Positions 41,746-50,649 of a DNA stretch of 64,000 nucleotides are shown in pieces. The notes beneath the pieces are model-generated. The model had not been told where the DNA came from. It ran no database searches and saw nothing but the letters and a program-made list of their open reading frames with translations. This stretch comes from Nitrospirota bacterium (GTDB lineage Bacteria > Nitrospirota > Thermodesulfovibrionia > UBA6902). The stretch spans positions 551-64,550 of the forward strand of contig JACQXG010000052.1 of NCBI GenBank assembly GCA_016208905.1. Direction: 5' to 3'. Position 1 is the stretch's first letter. Each line of letters starts with the position of its first letter. Position numbers and translations under genes: made by a program.

Positions 41746-44358
41746 ATGGACGTCATCACAACTCATCTGAATGCAGACTTTGATGCGCTTGCCTCAATGG
41801 CAGCGGCAAAGAAGTATTATCCTGATGCCATTCTCGTGTTTCCTGGCTCGCAGGAGAAAAACGTCCGCGAGTTCCTTGCAGCCTCGCAAATAACACTGGA
41901 ATTCAAAAAGCTGAAAGACATTAATCTTGAGGAAGTCAGCCGGTTAATTCTTGTTGATGTTAAAAACCCTGACAGGATCGGAAAGTTCTCGAATATCGTG
42001 GGCAAAAAGGGACTTATAATCCATATATATGACCATCATCCCTTTACAGACACCGATGCCAAAGGACATAAAGAGGTCATTGACAATATCGGGGCCACTA
42101 CAACTATCTTTATGGAAATGATGCAAAAAGATAAAATCCCGATTTCTCCGGTTGAAGCCAGCCTCTTTATGCTTGGAATTTATGAGGAAACAGGTTCTCT
42201 GATTTTTCCTTCTACGACAGTCAGAGACTTAAACGCAGCAGCCTACCTGCTCAAAAAAGGGGCCAATTTGAAAATCGTTTCGAGCTTTTTTACAAGAGAA
42301 CTCGGCCCCGAGGAAATTGCCCTGCTCAACGAATTAATCCAGACCGCAAAAGATTACGTAATTCACGATCTAAGGATTAAAATTACAAAAGCGTCCAGAG
42401 AAACCTATATCGGGGACATCGCTTTTCTGGCCCACAAAATCCGGGAAATGGATGACGTGGACGCCATATTCATCATTGTGATGATGGAGGACCGGGTGCA
42501 GGTCATAGCAAGAAGCCTTACACCTGAGATTGACGTGTCGGAAGTGCTTCATGAAATAGGCGGCGGCGGTCATCCTCAGGCAGCCTCTGCAGTTGTCAGG
42601 AATATGTCGCTGGAAGAGACGGAAGGCCGGCTTTTAAATATTCTGGAGAAAAATATCCACCCCTCAAAAACAGCAAAAGATATTATGACAAGTCCTGTCA
42701 TAAGCATTCCCTGGAACAAGACGATTAAGACCGCGGAAAAAACAATGACACGGTACGAAGTCAATGTGCTGCCTGTCCTGAAAAACAATACATTTTACGG
42801 ACTCATATCCAGGGAAGTTGTAGAGAAGGCTTTGTTCCATGGTTTTGGGAAAAGCAGGATCACGGAATTCTGCACCACCGATACTCCCACGGTTTTACCG
42901 TCAACATCGATAAATATTATCGAGTCCATGATGATAGAACAAAACCAGAGGTTTATGCCTGTCGTTGAAAGCAGTCACATAGTAGGCGCTATTACACGGA
43001 CCGATCTTTTACGGTCGATTTATGAAAGTCTCTTACGGAAAAGCAGGATAAACAGCCGGGAAAAATTAACGGAAAAGCCTTCCATAGGAAAAAATCTTTC
43101 CGCTGTGCTGGAAGCAAAATTCCCGCAGGAGATATTTAATCTGCTCACTTTGACAGGTGAAGTTGCCAGAGATCTCGGGTTTTCGGCATACCTTGTCGGC
43201 GGCTCGGTCAGGGATTTACTGCGTGGTGAATCAAATTTCGATTTAGACATAGTAATAGAAGGAAACGGGATAACCTTTGCAAAGGCGCTGGGCAATAAGC
43301 TCAACGCGAGAGTAAAGACACACACAAGATTTGGCACCGCTGTTGTAGTCACGGATTTCCTGAAATTTGATGTTGCCACCGCAAGGACTGAATATTACGA
43401 ATCTCCTGCCGCCCTGCCGCGTGTAGAAATGTCATCAATTAAAAAAGACCTGTATCGAAGAGACTTCACTATAAATACACTGGCCATAATGTTGAATCCG
43501 GAGCATTTTGGAAAGCTCTTTGATTTTTTCGGCGGACAAAGGGACATTAAGGAAAAGACGTTGAGAATCCTCCATAATCTCAGTTTTATTGAGGACCCGA
43601 CAAGGGCCTTCAGGGCCATAAGATTTTCCGAGCGGTTTGGTTTTAAAATAAGCAAGCATACAATGAATTTAATAAGAACCGCCATTCGTATTAATCTCTT
43701 CGATAAATTGTCCGGCACCAGAATGTACGATGAGCTAAGTCTTCTTTTCGCAGAAACAGAACCGGTCAATGCAATTAAAAGACTGTCCAAATTCGACCTT
43801 TTAAAATTTATTCACAAGAGCCTCGCGTTTACGCAAACGCTTAAAGAAACCTTTGAAGCCATACAGGAAACATTTGCGTGGTTCAAACTCCTTTTCTTTG
43901 AGGAAGAGCTGAATAAATCGCATCTTTTTCTCATGGCATTGCTTGATGAGTTAACGCCGGAGGAAAGAAGCGAGGCACTGCAGAGACTGTTTGTGCCGCC
44001 CTCTGCCAGAAAAGAAATATTAAACGGCATTGAGCAATCGAAAAAGGTCCTTGCTGTACTGCAAGGGGATTCTGAAAAAGAAATTTACTATACGCTGATG
44101 CCGCTCGATATCCCGACCATCCTCTTCACAATGGCCAGGACTAAAGACCAGAAACAAAAAAAGGCCGTTTCCCTGTACCTGACTGCATTAAGAAAAATAA
44201 AGCCCGAACTTTCCGGGAAAGATCTGAAACAAATGGGCTATGCGCCGGGACCGCTTTTCAAAAAAATATTGACATCATTGCTCGAAGCAAGACTTGAAAG
44301 GAAAATCAAAAGCCGTGAAGAAGAGTTAGCGTTTGTAAAAAAGACATTCAAGATTTAA
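41746..44358 (+). CDS. DHH/DHHA1 phosphoesterase-CBS pair-class II nucleotidyltransferase (CCA-adding / poly(A) polymerase family) fusion
   Basis: I set the start at ATG 41746 (MDVITTHLNADFDAL). Motifs are DHH (IYDHHPF), GGGGHPQAASA, two CBS units, GGSVRDLL...DLDIV and RRDFTINTLA. Confidence 0.8.
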   Translation: MDVITTHLNADFDALASMAAAKKYYPDAILVFPGSQEKNVREFLAASQITLEFKKLKDINLEEVSRLILVDVKNPDRIGKFSNIVGKKGLIIHIYDHHPFTDTDAKGHKEVIDNIGATTTIFMEMMQKDKIPISPVEASLFMLGIYEETGSLIFPSTTVRDLNAAAYLLKKGANLKIVSSFFTRELGPEEIALLNELIQTAKDYVIHDLRIKITKASRETYIGDIAFLAHKIREMDDVDAIFIIVMMEDRVQVIARSLTPEIDVSEVLHEIGGGGHPQAASAVVRNMSLEETEGRLLNILEKNIHPSKTAKDIMTSPVISIPWNKTIKTAEKTMTRYEVNVLPVLKNNTFYGLISREVVEKALFHGFGKSRITEFCTTDTPTVLPSTSINIIESMMIEQNQRFMPVVESSHIVGAITRTDLLRSIYESLLRKSRINSREKLTEKPSIGKNLSAVLEAKFPQEIFNLLTLTGEVARDLGFSAYLVGGSVRDLLRGESNFDLDIVIEGNGITFAKALGNKLNARVKTHTRFGTAVVVTDFLKFDVATARTEYYESPAALPRVEMSSIKKDLYRRDFTINTLAIMLNPEHFGKLFDFFGGQRDIKEKTLRILHNLSFIEDPTRAFRAIRFSERFGFKISKHTMNLIRTAIRINLFDKLSGTRMYDELSLLFAETEPVNAIKRLSKFDLLKFIHKSLAFTQTLKETFEAIQETFAWFKLLFFEEELNKSHLFLMALLDELTPEERSEALQRLFVPPSARKEILNGIEQSKKVLAVLQGDSEKEIYYTLMPLDIPTILFTMARTKDQKQKKAVSLYLTALRKIKPELSGKDLKQMGYAPGPLFKKILTSLLEARLERKIKSREEELAFVKKTFKI

Positions 44359-44556
44359 TAGCTGTCAGCAAAATAATACTTACAAAAAATACTAACATAT
44401 TAGAATAGTCTATGGTTATCAACCCCCTTGGCAACTGGGACAAACTGTACTATAGCTACGCCTCTCGCTGTTCATGTATAATACTAAGTGTCTTTACAAT
44501 TAAGAAGACAATCTGGGGAAAAATAATAATGCATAGTATGCAGGAGGCAATTGTTA

Positions 44557-45679
44557 ATGATCGCTTATGATGAATTAAAAGATAGATTAGAGGACATCAA
44601 AACAAGAATCGACGCCCTCAGGAGGTATCTTTGATGTCCCCTCTCATCTGGAACATCTCAAAACCCTCGAAAAGAAGGTCTCAGCCGAAGACTTATGGAA
44701 TAATCCTGCAAAGGCACAGGAAATTCTGAAAGAAAAATCAAATATTGAACATGCCCTTCAACCCTTTCACCTAATTGTAAAAAAATATGACGATGTCCAT
44801 GTCCTCCTTGAACTTTCCGAAGAAGAAGAGGGGGAATTGCTTCTTGAAGATGCTGAAAAAGGGGTGATAAGCCTCGTATCAGAACTTGATGATATAGAAC
44901 TCAAGACCACACTCTCGGCAGAGGAAGACAAAAACAACGCAATAATGACCATAAATCCGGGGGCAGGCGGGATAGAGAGCCAGGACTGGGCGCAGATACT
45001 GATGAGGATGTATATAAGATGGGCTGAACGGGATGGATTTAAGGTAGAAATAGTTGACCTTCTTCAGGGGGAAGAGGCTGGGATAAAAAGCGTCACCTTA
45101 ACAATCAGCGGACAATATGCCTATGGCTATCTGAAGGGCGAGGCCGGGGTCCACCGGCTGGTAAGGATATCGCCTTTTGACGCAAACAAACGGCGTCATA
45201 CTTCATTTGCCGCGGTCCTTGTTTATCCTGAAATTACTGAAGACATAGAAGTGGATATAAATGAGGACGATTTAAGGATAGACACTTTCAGGGCGTCAGG
45301 CGCCGGCGGACAGCACGTGAATAAGACCGATTCTGCAATAAGAATAACCCATAATCCGACAGGAATTGTGGTAAGTTGTCAAAATGAGCGGTCTCAGCAT
45401 AAGAACAAGGCCGTTGCGATGAAGTTGCTTAAGGGCAGACTATTCGCGCTCAAGAAAAAAGAACAAGATGATAAACTCGACAGTTTTATCGGCGAGAAAA
45501 AAGACATCGCATGGGGCAGCCAGATACGCTCATACACGCTCCAGCCTTACCAACTCATCAAAGATCATCGTACCGGCTATGAGACAGGGAACGTAAACGC
45601 TGTCCTTGACGGCGGAATTGATGACTTTATAAAAGAATATTTATTGTTTAGAAAAGAGAAAAAGCAAATGCCTGCATAA
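44557..45679 (+). CDS. prfB: peptide chain release factor 2, expressed via a programmed +1 frameshift: join(44557..44631,44633..45679)
   Basis: Frame 0 reads MIAYDELKDRLEDIKTRIDALRRYL then TGA. The +1 frame continues DVPSHLEHLKTLEKK... into the track ORF, which contains SPF and GGQ motifs. The RBS AGGAGG lies upstream of ATG 44557. Confidence 0.9.
44620..44635 (+). promoter_or_regulatory. prfB autoregulatory +1 frameshift site
   Basis: AGGAGG-TAT-CTT-TGA-T is the same architecture as the E. coli prfB site AGGGGG-TAT-CTT-TGA-C: an internal SD, a 3-nt spacer, the slippery CTT codon and an in-frame UGA. Confidence 0.85.
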
Positions 45680-45745
45680 ATAGTTATGAGTAGTGAGAGA
45701 CAGGTATATTTCAACCCATTACTCATTACGCATTACGAAATTATT

Positions 45746-46249
45746 ATGGATACCTTTGATCTCATAAAAACACGCCGCAGTATCAGAAAATATACAGATG
45801 AGCCTGTTTCCAATGAAATTATAAATAAAATAATCGAAGCCGGTACATGGGCCCCTTCAGGATTAAACAACCAGCCGTGGAAATTCGCGATAATAAAGGA
45901 CAACGATCTGAAGGTAAAAATTTCCGCCCTTACTCATTATTCCAGAATTATTATAACTTCAAATGCCTTGATTGCCGTTTTCCTGGATAATGCAGAAAGC
46001 TATGACAGGACAAAGGATACCCAGGCTATTGGGGCATGTATTCAGAACATGCTTTTATATATCCACTCGATAGAGCTCGGCTCTGTCTGGCTGGGTGAGA
46101 TCCTGAAAAACAAAGACAAGTTTCTGGAACTTATCGGCTGTTCCGGGGACCTGGAGCTAATGGCCGTTATAGCTCTTGGATATCCGGCAGCAGAAGGCGG
46201 GAAAGTGACTCGAAAGAGTCCCGATCAAACCATTATTTTCAGGAAATAA
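45746..46249 (+). CDS. nitroreductase family protein
   Basis: I set the start at ATG 45746 (MDTFDLIKTRRSIRKY...). TRRSIRKY and PSGLNNQPW are typical of nitroreductases. Confidence 0.75.
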   Translation: MDTFDLIKTRRSIRKYTDEPVSNEIINKIIEAGTWAPSGLNNQPWKFAIIKDNDLKVKISALTHYSRIIITSNALIAVFLDNAESYDRTKDTQAIGACIQNMLLYIHSIELGSVWLGEILKNKDKFLELIGCSGDLELMAVIALGYPAAEGGKVTRKSPDQTIIFRK

Positions 46250-46339
46250 TATGCCGGAGAATGTCTTATAGCCTCAGATATTTTATACTGCCTTTGTGAG
46301 GCATGCCCTGCAAGAACCGCTCACTTCCGGTAAAGGCTA

Positions 46340-46618
46340 TTACAAATTTGATTTAATCTCACCGATAGGCCTGACAAAAACATAATCGAACGGATCTTTT
46401 ACAAGTACTTTGGATGTAGTATCAATGCTGTCAGTAATTGCGGCTATCGGCAGAGTGATTACAAATATAACTGAGCCGCTGACCAAAGCGGCAAAACCGA
46501 GGGGTTTGAACACGAGCGCATCGGCCATAACGTCAATTGCTTCATCCTTATCTGCAAAGGCCATTGAGGATGAAAGAACAATTACTAAGGTCAATAATAC
46601 AGTTATTATTTTCATCAT
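46340..46618 (-). CDS. small secreted/membrane protein, function unknown
   Basis: I set the start at ATG 46618, 7 nt after GAGAGGAG. It has a signal peptide (MMKIITVLLTLVIVLSSSMAFA) and one further hydrophobic segment. Confidence 0.55.
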   Translation of the reverse strand: MMKIITVLLTLVIVLSSSMAFADKDEAIDVMADALVFKPLGFAALVSGSVIFVITLPIAAITDSIDTTSKVLVKDPFDYVFVRPIGEIKSNL

Positions 46619-46772
46619 AAGCATTCTCCTCTCTTGCAAAGAATATATTTAAACTATATTTGTAAAATATAAATAAGTCAATAACGCAAAATCATCATAC
46701 ATCAGTATTGTCGGTCTTTTTATGATAATAGTTAAATAGATTGAAATTTATTATCAGGTCATTGGCATTTTT

Positions 46773-47177
46773 TTATTCTTTTGACGACCATCTCAGTGTT
46801 AGAATTTCCGAATCCTCGTTCATTCTCCATGTATGCTCTACATCTTCCTGCCAGATCACGTAGTCACCTTCATTCTTCAATCTGACCTCTCTTCCTTGGT
46901 TGTGATTATCAATCTCACGGAATACAAATGTAAAATCACCTCTGATAAGAATGCTAATGGCTGTCCTGTCAGAAGTGGACGCCCAGACCTTCCGATCATC
47001 ATCTTTTTTATGAATCCCCCACTTTATTTCTATATCATCGGTATTGCGAAGGCCGAATCGCCCGGGGTCAAACAGCTTATTATTATCCTTACACCACTTT
47101 TCGATTTGACCGACAAACCAGAAGCTGAATTCCTTACCGTCTGTTTTTGTATTGCCTGATGTAATATCTGATAACAT
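46773..47177 (-). CDS. hypothetical protein (possibly a cupin-like beta-barrel)
   Basis: 134-aa ORF. The beta-rich pattern ...ISILIRGDFTFVF...GDYVIWQEDVEHTW... suggests the fold. The function call is weak. Confidence 0.4.
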   Translation of the reverse strand: MLSDITSGNTKTDGKEFSFWFVGQIEKWCKDNNKLFDPGRFGLRNTDDIEIKWGIHKKDDDRKVWASTSDRTAISILIRGDFTFVFREIDNHNQGREVRLKNEGDYVIWQEDVEHTWRMNEDSEILTLRWSSKE

Positions 47178-47252
47178 AATATTTCTATTATTCTGTATGT
47201 CTGGGTTCAGCCTTTCAGATAAAATAGTCTATGTTACAGGGCAATTCCGTTA

Positions 47253-48179
47253 TTATCTTTGCCGGACTTTATACCCTTTCTTCATTAAAAGATCTATGAC
47301 ACTGTCTGTCCCGACAAGATGACCTGCCCCTACAATTATTAGAATATCACCATGCTGTTTCATCAGCTTTTCGATTTCAGGCACCCAGCTCTTATTTCTT
47401 TGCGTAAAAAAACGGTCGTAGATATCAGCATGCACGGCATGGCTCATTTGCAGGATGGAGGCCAGTTTGTCCACATCGCCTGTTTTCCATGCCTGAAACA
47501 TATCAGAAGACATTTCCTGAATAATATCGATTTCTTTTAATACTCCTTCTAAAAAGGCCTCCTGCTGCCCGCTGCTCATATCTGCAATAAGATTAATCTG
47601 AAACTCATTGGATTCCAGAAAAAACATCCGTTTCCCGTCCTGCTGTGCCTTTTTGAAAAAGTGTCTGTCCACGCCCAGATTTGGATCAAGGCCCAGCCTG
47701 ATAAACTCCATTCCGGCCACGGTCTGAGCAACAATCCACGGCCTGAATTTTTCAAACTGTGAAGAAGACAAGCCAGAGGCCTTAAATCTGTCCTGGAGCA
47801 ATTTATACGTTTGCCCTGAAATATTCTCAGACAATGTCTGCCCGGCTGGATAAAGACCTCTCTGAATTATCGAGCTTTGTTTTGCCGGGTCATTCTCTCC
47901 CTCAAAATCTGTTTCAAACACTATGGTAACGCAGCAGTTATAGATGTTTTCTATTGCCGGGGGAAGAGGGTACGAATCAGGCCTGAGCACATGAATGGAC
48001 CCTAAAAGATAAACGGTATTTTTGTCGGATTCAACGGACCAGATAAAATGCTTCTGTGTCTCCGTTTCCCGGTCTTCATATGAGAAGGCAGAGTCAATAA
48101 ACAACCAGAATACGGCAATGATCGCAACAAGAGCCATCATTCTCCGGCGGCTGCTTATAAGCTGGTCATTTAAAAACAT
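47253..48179 (-). CDS. TraB/GumN family protein
   Basis: 308 aa with an N-terminal membrane anchor. FIWSVESDKNTVYLLGSIHVL and the C-terminal IIVGAGHLVG are characteristic of the family. Confidence 0.65.
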   Translation of the reverse strand: MFLNDQLISSRRRMMALVAIIAVFWLFIDSAFSYEDRETETQKHFIWSVESDKNTVYLLGSIHVLRPDSYPLPPAIENIYNCCVTIVFETDFEGENDPAKQSSIIQRGLYPAGQTLSENISGQTYKLLQDRFKASGLSSSQFEKFRPWIVAQTVAGMEFIRLGLDPNLGVDRHFFKKAQQDGKRMFFLESNEFQINLIADMSSGQQEAFLEGVLKEIDIIQEMSSDMFQAWKTGDVDKLASILQMSHAVHADIYDRFFTQRNKSWVPEIEKLMKQHGDILIIVGAGHLVGTDSVIDLLMKKGYKVRQR

Positions 48180-48284
48180 GCTGTCTCCTTATAACATCAA
48201 CTTCGTCTTTACTTCATAATTTAAGACTTCAGAGTTAATTTAACATAATATGAACTAAAAGGAGATTTGATAAGATATTTTGTA

Positions 48285-49748
48285 CTATTGATACAATTTG
48301 TCATCAATAAGATTATAATATTTTTCTTTTTTAAACATTGAGACAAAATATTTCTGGAGATACGCGCTGTCTTTTTTTGAAATATTGATAAGCTGAATCC
48401 CGACTAAATAGTCAATGCCTGATTTTTGACTGCTGCCGATATATTTCCCGGAATACTCACTGATACGTTTACACCATACCAGCAGACCGTCTACATTAAT
48501 CTGATGGGTCTTTTTTACTTTCCCGGCGATGTCCGGCAAATAAAGACTGACACTCACACGCCTGTTGACCTCAAGCGGGTTACTGCTTAAAAAGCACAGA
48601 CCGGAATAGCTGATGTCAAATGCATTCCCGGAAAATCTCTCTCTATTGTTTATCACGGTGCCTTTTATTTTTATTAGAGTCTGGACCCTTGGATACTTTC
48701 TCCTTTCAGTGACCCCTCCGAAAGAACCGGCTTTCCCCCCGCTTTCTTTTTCATCAGGCCTGAAGTTATGTATTACCGTCTGATTTCTGCCCCGCTGCTT
48801 TGCCTGATACAGGGCCTTATCAGCATAGACCACAAGCTGCTCGGCCCGCTTAATGTTCTTATTATCTGTATAAGTGGCGATACCGAGGCTTACCGTTATA
48901 CTCACCTTGTTCTTCCCGGTAATAAAGGGGTAATTACTTACCACCTGCCGTAATCTCTCAGCTTTTATATAGGCATCTCCGCTGTCCGTATAGGGCAGCA
49001 TTATTACAAACTCCTCTCCACCGTATCTTACCGCCTTGTCCGCGTCGCGGACATTGTGCCTTAAAATATCGGCAAGCTGCGATAAGATTGCGTCTCCTGC
49101 CTGGTGGCCATAAGTATCATTGACAGCCTTAAAATAATCTATATCGATCATAATGCAGGACAAAGGGAACCTGAATCTTTTTGCCAGATTATATTGTTCA
49201 TTAAGTATCTCCCTGAAGAAACGGTAATTATAAAGACCTGTTAATCCGTCCTTTATGGAAAGCTCTCTGAGAAGGACATTTCTTTTATCTAATGTCATGA
49301 CCAGCTTGTTGATCTTTTCATTTAATGCCTTAAGCTCCCGGTTCTTCTCCTGGGAGTGCTGAATATTCAGCCTGAGCTCATCTTCCTTGTTTTTTAACTG
49401 GAACATCAGGTTATTGAAATCCTCCCCGATCTTGAGAAGAACGTTCCTTTCCGTAGCTTTTTTATAGACCCTGCATTTTTGACAGTCTCCATATTTTTTG
49501 GCAAAGTCGCCCTGTGGTTTGTCCAGGCAGAAGGTGCCGGATACCTGCCAGCACCTTAGATTCGATGATTTATATGACGGGCAATCTGTTTTCGTGCACT
49601 TCATCTCTTCCCAACACTTGTGCAAATGAGGGTTTTTGAAAAAAAACCATCCCTTCTGCTTTATTGCATCAAGAAGCAGTCTCCTGATTTCTTTCGAAAC
49701 CCTGATTGTGTAATTGTCCGGGTCTTTTTTTTTCAACTTATCAGTCAT
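48285..49748 (-). CDS. two-CW-coiled coil-GGDEF (with I-site)-PilZ diguanylate cyclase
   Basis: 487 aa. The N-terminus reads KCWEEMKCTKTDCP...RCWQVSGTFC...CQKC. GGEEF is present, with RDAD (RxxD) 5 residues upstream. The C-terminal PilZ motifs are RRKYPR and DISYSG. Confidence 0.85.
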   Translation of the reverse strand: MTDKLKKKDPDNYTIRVSKEIRRLLLDAIKQKGWFFFKNPHLHKCWEEMKCTKTDCPSYKSSNLRCWQVSGTFCLDKPQGDFAKKYGDCQKCRVYKKATERNVLLKIGEDFNNLMFQLKNKEDELRLNIQHSQEKNRELKALNEKINKLVMTLDKRNVLLRELSIKDGLTGLYNYRFFREILNEQYNLAKRFRFPLSCIMIDIDYFKAVNDTYGHQAGDAILSQLADILRHNVRDADKAVRYGGEEFVIMLPYTDSGDAYIKAERLRQVVSNYPFITGKNKVSITVSLGIATYTDNKNIKRAEQLVVYADKALYQAKQRGRNQTVIHNFRPDEKESGGKAGSFGGVTERRKYPRVQTLIKIKGTVINNRERFSGNAFDISYSGLCFLSSNPLEVNRRVSVSLYLPDIAGKVKKTHQINVDGLLVWCKRISEYSGKYIGSSQKSGIDYLVGIQLINISKKDSAYLQKYFVSMFKKEKYYNLIDDKLYQ

Positions 49749-49820
49749 GTCTCCTCATCCTTATTACAACAGTGATGATATTACTATCGGCAAATAATTA
49801 AGCCCCTTTAATTCCATATG

Positions 49821-50597
49821 TTAGAAAGTCCGGCCGGTATCCCTCTTCGGCCTCTTTCCGTCGTCAAGGCCATGGAAGGCAATGTCAATTATATCTAACG
49901 TCAATTTCTGGCAATTCTCTGAAGCAAGCTGCAGGTCCCATTTACTTTTGTCCCTGATACCCGCAATGTTGCTTATGCCCCTGATTTCAAAGAAGGGAAT
50001 ATTATGAAGCGTGCAAACCTGTGCAATTGCCGCGCCTTCCATATTTTCACACAACGCGTTAAAGCGTGTTTCAAGCTCCCGCGCCCTTTTTTGTGTCCCT
50101 GTTGCTGCAGAAACAGTCACAAAGTTGCCTGTCTTAATTTTAAACTCCACATCCCCTTTGCGCTCCCTTATTAAAGGAGGGATGGCGAGAGGCGTGACTG
50201 GAAACTCGTTAAAATATTTTTTGCCGTCTACATCTGCAAGCGGGATGCCTATCTCTCTCAGATCGCCCCACCCTCCAGGTCCAATTACCCCCTCATCGCC
50301 GTATATTTCTCTGGATGCTATCGCAATATCTCCAATGTTGAGTCCTGAGCCAGGATATGCTCCGCTGACTCCTATATTTATAATTGCGTTGACGGGATAT
50401 TTTTCAATAATATATGTCGTGGCATGGGCCGCGTTCACTTTCCCCATTCCTGTGTCCATAAGGACAACATTAATCCCTGAAAATTTCCCTTTATGAACAG
50501 TTTTTCCAGTAATTTTAGACGAACGCGTATATTTCAGACGCGAAAGGATTCGATCTGATTCAAACGGCATGGATGAAATAATTGCAATTAATTGCAT
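49821..50597 (-). CDS. mqnB: futalosine hydrolase / MTA-SAH-nucleosidase-fold enzyme
   Basis: 258 aa. GMGKVNAAHAT, ENMEGAAIAQV and IRGISNIAG match the PNP_UDP_1 fold. Its size and motifs fit MqnB, as far as I recall. Confidence 0.6.
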   Translation of the reverse strand: MQLIAIISSMPFESDRILSRLKYTRSSKITGKTVHKGKFSGINVVLMDTGMGKVNAAHATTYIIEKYPVNAIINIGVSGAYPGSGLNIGDIAIASREIYGDEGVIGPGGWGDLREIGIPLADVDGKKYFNEFPVTPLAIPPLIRERKGDVEFKIKTGNFVTVSAATGTQKRARELETRFNALCENMEGAAIAQVCTLHNIPFFEIRGISNIAGIRDKSKWDLQLASENCQKLTLDIIDIAFHGLDDGKRPKRDTGRTF

Positions 50598-50649
50598 AGT
50601 CTGTTATCACCAGATGCTTCACGCATCACCGAAACTGCGGAGTTTAGTT

